In this document: positions 60,053 to 64,000 of the stretch, in pieces | Layout of the letters: every line of letters begins with the position of its first letter | Position numbering within the stretch: position 1 is the first letter of the stretch | Program-made: the position numbers and the translations under genes | Origin: Mustelus asterias | Lineage: Eukaryota | DNA length: 64,000 nucleotides | Assembly (NCBI RefSeq): GCF_964213995.1 | Contig: NC_135807.1 | Location: forward strand, 63,488,001 to 63,552,000 | Direction: 5' to 3' | The notes under the pieces: model-generated | Told to the model about the DNA's origin: nothing | Database searches by the model: none | What the model saw: the letters and a program-made list of their open reading frames with translations, nothing else

Positions 60053-61805
60053 TTATGTTTTCTTCTATGAAAAGTACGTTTAAGCATTTGTACTTTATGG
60101 GCAATAGAATTGTCATTCAGATTCCTACACGCTCTGTTTGTCAGTTCTAAAAGAAAACCAAAGTCTGAAATGCAAAACAATCCTTTTTGATGACTTCTAA
60201 GAGCCTGGGAAACACAGACAGATGAAGCAAATCCTATTGCTCTGACTTGATTGAACCAATCTGTTCAGATCACAAGCGGTGAACAATACGTTCAACTTCA
60301 ATTAAGCAAGTACCTATGGAAAAAGTGATTTTTATTAGTCATGGGCTATCAATTTCAGATTTATGGTTAACTGTCTCCTGGTAATATTTCATGAAGTTTT
60401 GAAGTCCAGTCCTGTGCTGTAGTGATCTACCCTGTGGATTCTTATTCTAATGCGGACACAAATGCTGGCTAGTAAAATATTTACTGGTGTAAGATTTAAT
60501 AGTTTTCTTCTTTTTAATGGTGTGGGTTTGCATAACTTAATGGAGTTTTTCAGCCTCATGAAATCCTTCCTTCCACACGTTAAAACTTTGTAACTCACAC
60601 ACATTACAGAACTATTGCCAATTGTCCTCGGTGCATATATTTGCCAATATGGTGACAAGAAGAGGAAAATGGGAGTCTGAGAGCTAGAGTATTACTTCTA
60701 ACTCCACATGGGTTCTGTGGGTCAACTATTGCCCCATCTCCCAGACTCACTGTGCTCCAGAGGTAATGACCCAAGTGGTCAACCTTCGATCTCTTCAAAC
60801 CTGATATCCAGCCTCCTGATACACGACAGGCACACCCAGAATGCTGAGTGCGTCCTGATGATGCATACAGACTAAATCTTTGTGGTCCTTCCACACATTT
60901 GTTTCTGCACAACTGTCGTTGTGCCCGTGTTCATGCACCAATTTGGGTATGAGCCAAGTATTTTAGTTTTATCTATAAGTTACTCTTTCTCCGCCATTCT
61001 GCATTATTTGTCACATTTCTATGCATCAGTTGGACAGATTGGTCAAGGAATTTAATTTCAGTGACTCCAAAAACAACTGCTAACAGTGCGCTGACATAAA
61101 GAAAATGGATAGTCTCAAGTCTAATAAGTCTGGAAATGTCCTTCATTCTTACACTTTTGGTATTTTAAAAATCATTATGATGACAGGAAAGGGCACCCCT
61201 AAACATGTTGTTCGGCAATAATAACATTGGTGACAGAGGCTTCGGGTGCAATCATACCGGCTATTCACACCATGCTGCCGCTGCATCGAATTCGGAAAAT
61301 TTGGCGCCCAGAAAATCTCAGTTCATTACAGCGGGATGGGAAAATCCTGCTGGCGTGAATGGCCATAACATTCCGACCTTAATCACTAATCAAAGCTCTT
61401 CAGCGATTGCATATTTAATACTGGAAGATGCAGGAGAGTTTCAGTTAATCAAATTGAATCGTATTTTCATCTACAATTAAGGTTTGAATCAAACACCAAC
61501 CTCCTGCTCCAATACTCATGTGCCCATGACTGAAAGATCAAGGAAAATAATTAACTCAAATATTACTCCAAAGATGTGCAGGTAAGGTGGACTGGCCATG
61601 TTAAATTGCCTCATAGTGTCCAAAGATGTGTAGAGAAGGGAGTGGGTTGGAAAGGGGTTGGGGGTAAGGTTTTACTATGGCTAATCCACCTAACCTAACC
61701 CAGCAAATTACGGCTCATTATCTCTGACAATAGCCAGGCAGAAATCAAACAATCATTAGATTTTACAGTGAGTAACACGGAGTGCATTTTGCTGCTATAG
61801 ACACT

Positions 61806-61950
61806 GGGGGGAATTTTACCATCCCGCCCGTCACAGGAATTGTAGCAGGCGGGGGGAGGGGGGGGGGGCGGACGCGGACCATGTAGAGGTCCGTTGATCT
61901 CGGGCGGGATTTTCCGGTTTTGGGATGAGCGTGGCCAGAAAATCCCCCCC
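61806..61950 (-). mobile_element. Short Harbinger-type MITE
   Basis: TIRs GGGGGGAATTTT / AAAATCCCCCC; internal CCGGAAAATCCCGCCCGAGATCAACGGAC shared with 59928. Confidence 0.72.
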
Positions 61951-62274
61951 ATTATTTTAATAAAAGTATTCTATAGATTGGAAATGTTCAAAGCATCCAA
62001 ACCAATGCTATAATTATTTATAATAAATGGTTCCTGATATGCTGCATATTAGCATAATAAACTTCAAATGGTTTGTCAGAAGAAAATGTTCAACGCTTGA
62101 TTGACAAAATACAATGAGGGTTTTAAGTAAAAAAGCTGCATGCCCACATAATCTTGTTTTTAGGTTTTTTTTTAACACCCCAGTAATTACTAAGGTCACA
62201 GTAAACAGCAACATTGTGCTGTATTGGTATTGGTTAGCAATTAATATGCCACTTTAAATTAAGAATTGTATTCA

Positions 62275-63050
62275 GATCTGACGATCCACTCTATCTAGAT
62301 CCCTCTTAATTTTATACACTTCAATTAAATCTCCTCTCAGTCTCCTCTGTTCCAAAGAAAATGATATTAGCCTATTCAATCTTTCCTCATTAATAAAGTT
62401 CTCCAATCCAGGCGACATCCTCATAAATCCACTATGTATCCTGTCTAGTGCAATCATGTATTTCACACAGTATGCTACCCAGAATGGCAAACAGTTCTCC
62501 AGCACTGGTTTCACTGGTGATTTATACAGTTCCAGTATAACCTCTCAGCCCTCATTGTCTATGTCTCGGGCAATGAAGGCAAGTTACCATTTGCCTTCTT
62601 AACCACTTTATCGATATGTCCAGCTACCTTCAGAGGTCTGTGGACATGAACTCTAAGCTCCTTCAGTTAACTACTATCCTACCATTTATTGTGTATTCCC
62701 TTGACTATAGAGCCTTTCCCAAATGCATTAACTCGCACTTTTCTGGACTGAACTCTATTTAGAGAACATAGGCCATAGGACTTTTATTTGCCATTTTTCT
62801 GCCTTCCTGACTAGCCCAATGGTATCCTATTGTAATCTATTGTAATCTATAACTTTCTTCTACATTATCAACCACACAGGCAATTTTTGTATTACCTGCA
62901 AATGTATTAATCATACCCCCTACATTTGAGTCTATATCCCATATATATTCCACAAAAGCAAGTAACCTGGTGCCAGACCCTGCAAAACTCCACCAGAAAC
63001 AACCTTCCACTCACTAAAACATCAATCCTTTGTATCCTGCCTCTGAGCTA
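62275..63050 (-). mobile_element. Old CR1 LINE fragment
   Basis: ORF 62272..62514 (EERLNRL..FSLEQRRLRGDLIEVYKI). Confidence 0.82.
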
Positions 63051-64000
63051 AACCTAGTCATTAGATGCCCTCTTCCACCCACCTCACCCAGACTCCTGTT
63101 CCCCAGGTTGAATGTTCTAGAAGAGTGTGGATCCCACTAATGCAGTATCAGGTTCTTCACCAACTAGTGCAGTATCCCCCAGAGCCTTCCTCGCCCGAGA
63201 GCAAGCAAACCCTGTTAAGCAGGCTGGTTTCAGGGTGGGGATCCTATTGAAAAGATAAAGATGCTGCTGCGGAGCATTGAAATCACCCCCATTTAAATTC
63301 CTTCTCCTCCATCCTCCTTCCCCAGCCTCACCGTTTACAGAAGCCACCCAGGTTACAACTAATATTAGTCAAAAGCGATTCAGATGATCAATCATATTAA
63401 AAAGCAAGTGGGATTGAATCACCAGAACAGATTGCCATCCGTAATGAAACCCACCCAGCATTCATTCTGTAATGAGTGGCTGATCTACTCTGCCAGTTAA
63501 CCACCCACATAGTGAAAGTAATAAAATAGACCCTTTTATTTCCATTTTAGGAATGCATTTGAGACTAGAGCAGCCAACATTGTGATTGCATTTGCATTTG
63601 CACCTATTTCTTTGGTTATCAAATAGCTCATTAACTGATCTTTATCACCTTTTGGTTTTGTAAATTCTCACAAGTAACACTAAATGCATTGTGCTCAGCT
63701 GCATTGCATTCTTCTGGGTTTTCCCAATTGTCCAATGGAACATCAGTGGAAGATCAGGAGAGATCTTAGGGGAACATTATAACCAGTTGTTTACAGGATT
63801 CCTTTGAGGCTTCCCATATCGTTCAATGGAATTACAGTGAATAATCTAAAGAATCCCCACAGGAATTCTGCCCCTTTTTGCTCAGATATTAGCAGGGTGA
63901 AACTGGCAAGTATTGGGGAAAATGTATTCCAATACATTTACATTACATAATTTGGAGTTTGTTGTCAAATAAACATCAGGATCAGATTAGGATCAAACCA

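Noticed and set aside
60604-60912. 102-aa minus-strand ORF with a nearby GTGAGT donor
   Set aside because: No recognisable domain in the frames checked and no good acceptor.
362-63347. The remaining short ORFs in the track as genes
   Set aside because: They map to SINE, LINE or MITE sequence or are chance frames, often with non-ATG starts.
53376-64000. Preceding Ig2 exon
   Set aside because: No Ig-like reading frame with splice sites was recognised; it presumably lies beyond the window end.

Overview
Eukaryotic (vertebrate) genomic DNA, almost certainly from a shark or other cartilaginous fish, judged by its HE1-type V-SINEs, SacSINE1-like DeuSINE and CR1-rich introns. The whole window lies inside one minus-strand peroxidasin-family gene. 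Seven in-frame GT-AG exons were reconstructed (53259-53375, 49421-49579, 41356-41468, 34543-34699, 32809-32917, 28705-28862, 17938-19441). They encode Ig3, Ig4, the linker/propeptide and most of the heme-peroxidase domain. Diagnostic residues, compared from memory, favour the PXDNL paralogue, yet the heme and catalytic residues are intact as in PXDN. The flanking exons were not found in the window. The introns are a nested mosaic of mobile elements: CR1, L2, RTE, Rex1 and L1-like LINE remnants, tRNA-derived SINEs, two solo LTRs with 5-bp TSDs, PIF/Harbinger remnants with their MITEs, and Penelope-derived inverted elements carrying minimal hammerhead-ribozyme motifs. The most notable observations are (i) a putatively catalytically competent PXDNL, (ii) a strong cryptic 106-nt exon upstream of the peroxidase exon that would stop the full-length frame yet supplies an ATG in frame with the peroxidase domain, (iii) hammerhead motifs on the pre-mRNA strand, and (iv) an 80-bp near-perfect palindrome. 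Exon and TSD coordinates were read base by base. TE boundaries without TSDs are approximate.
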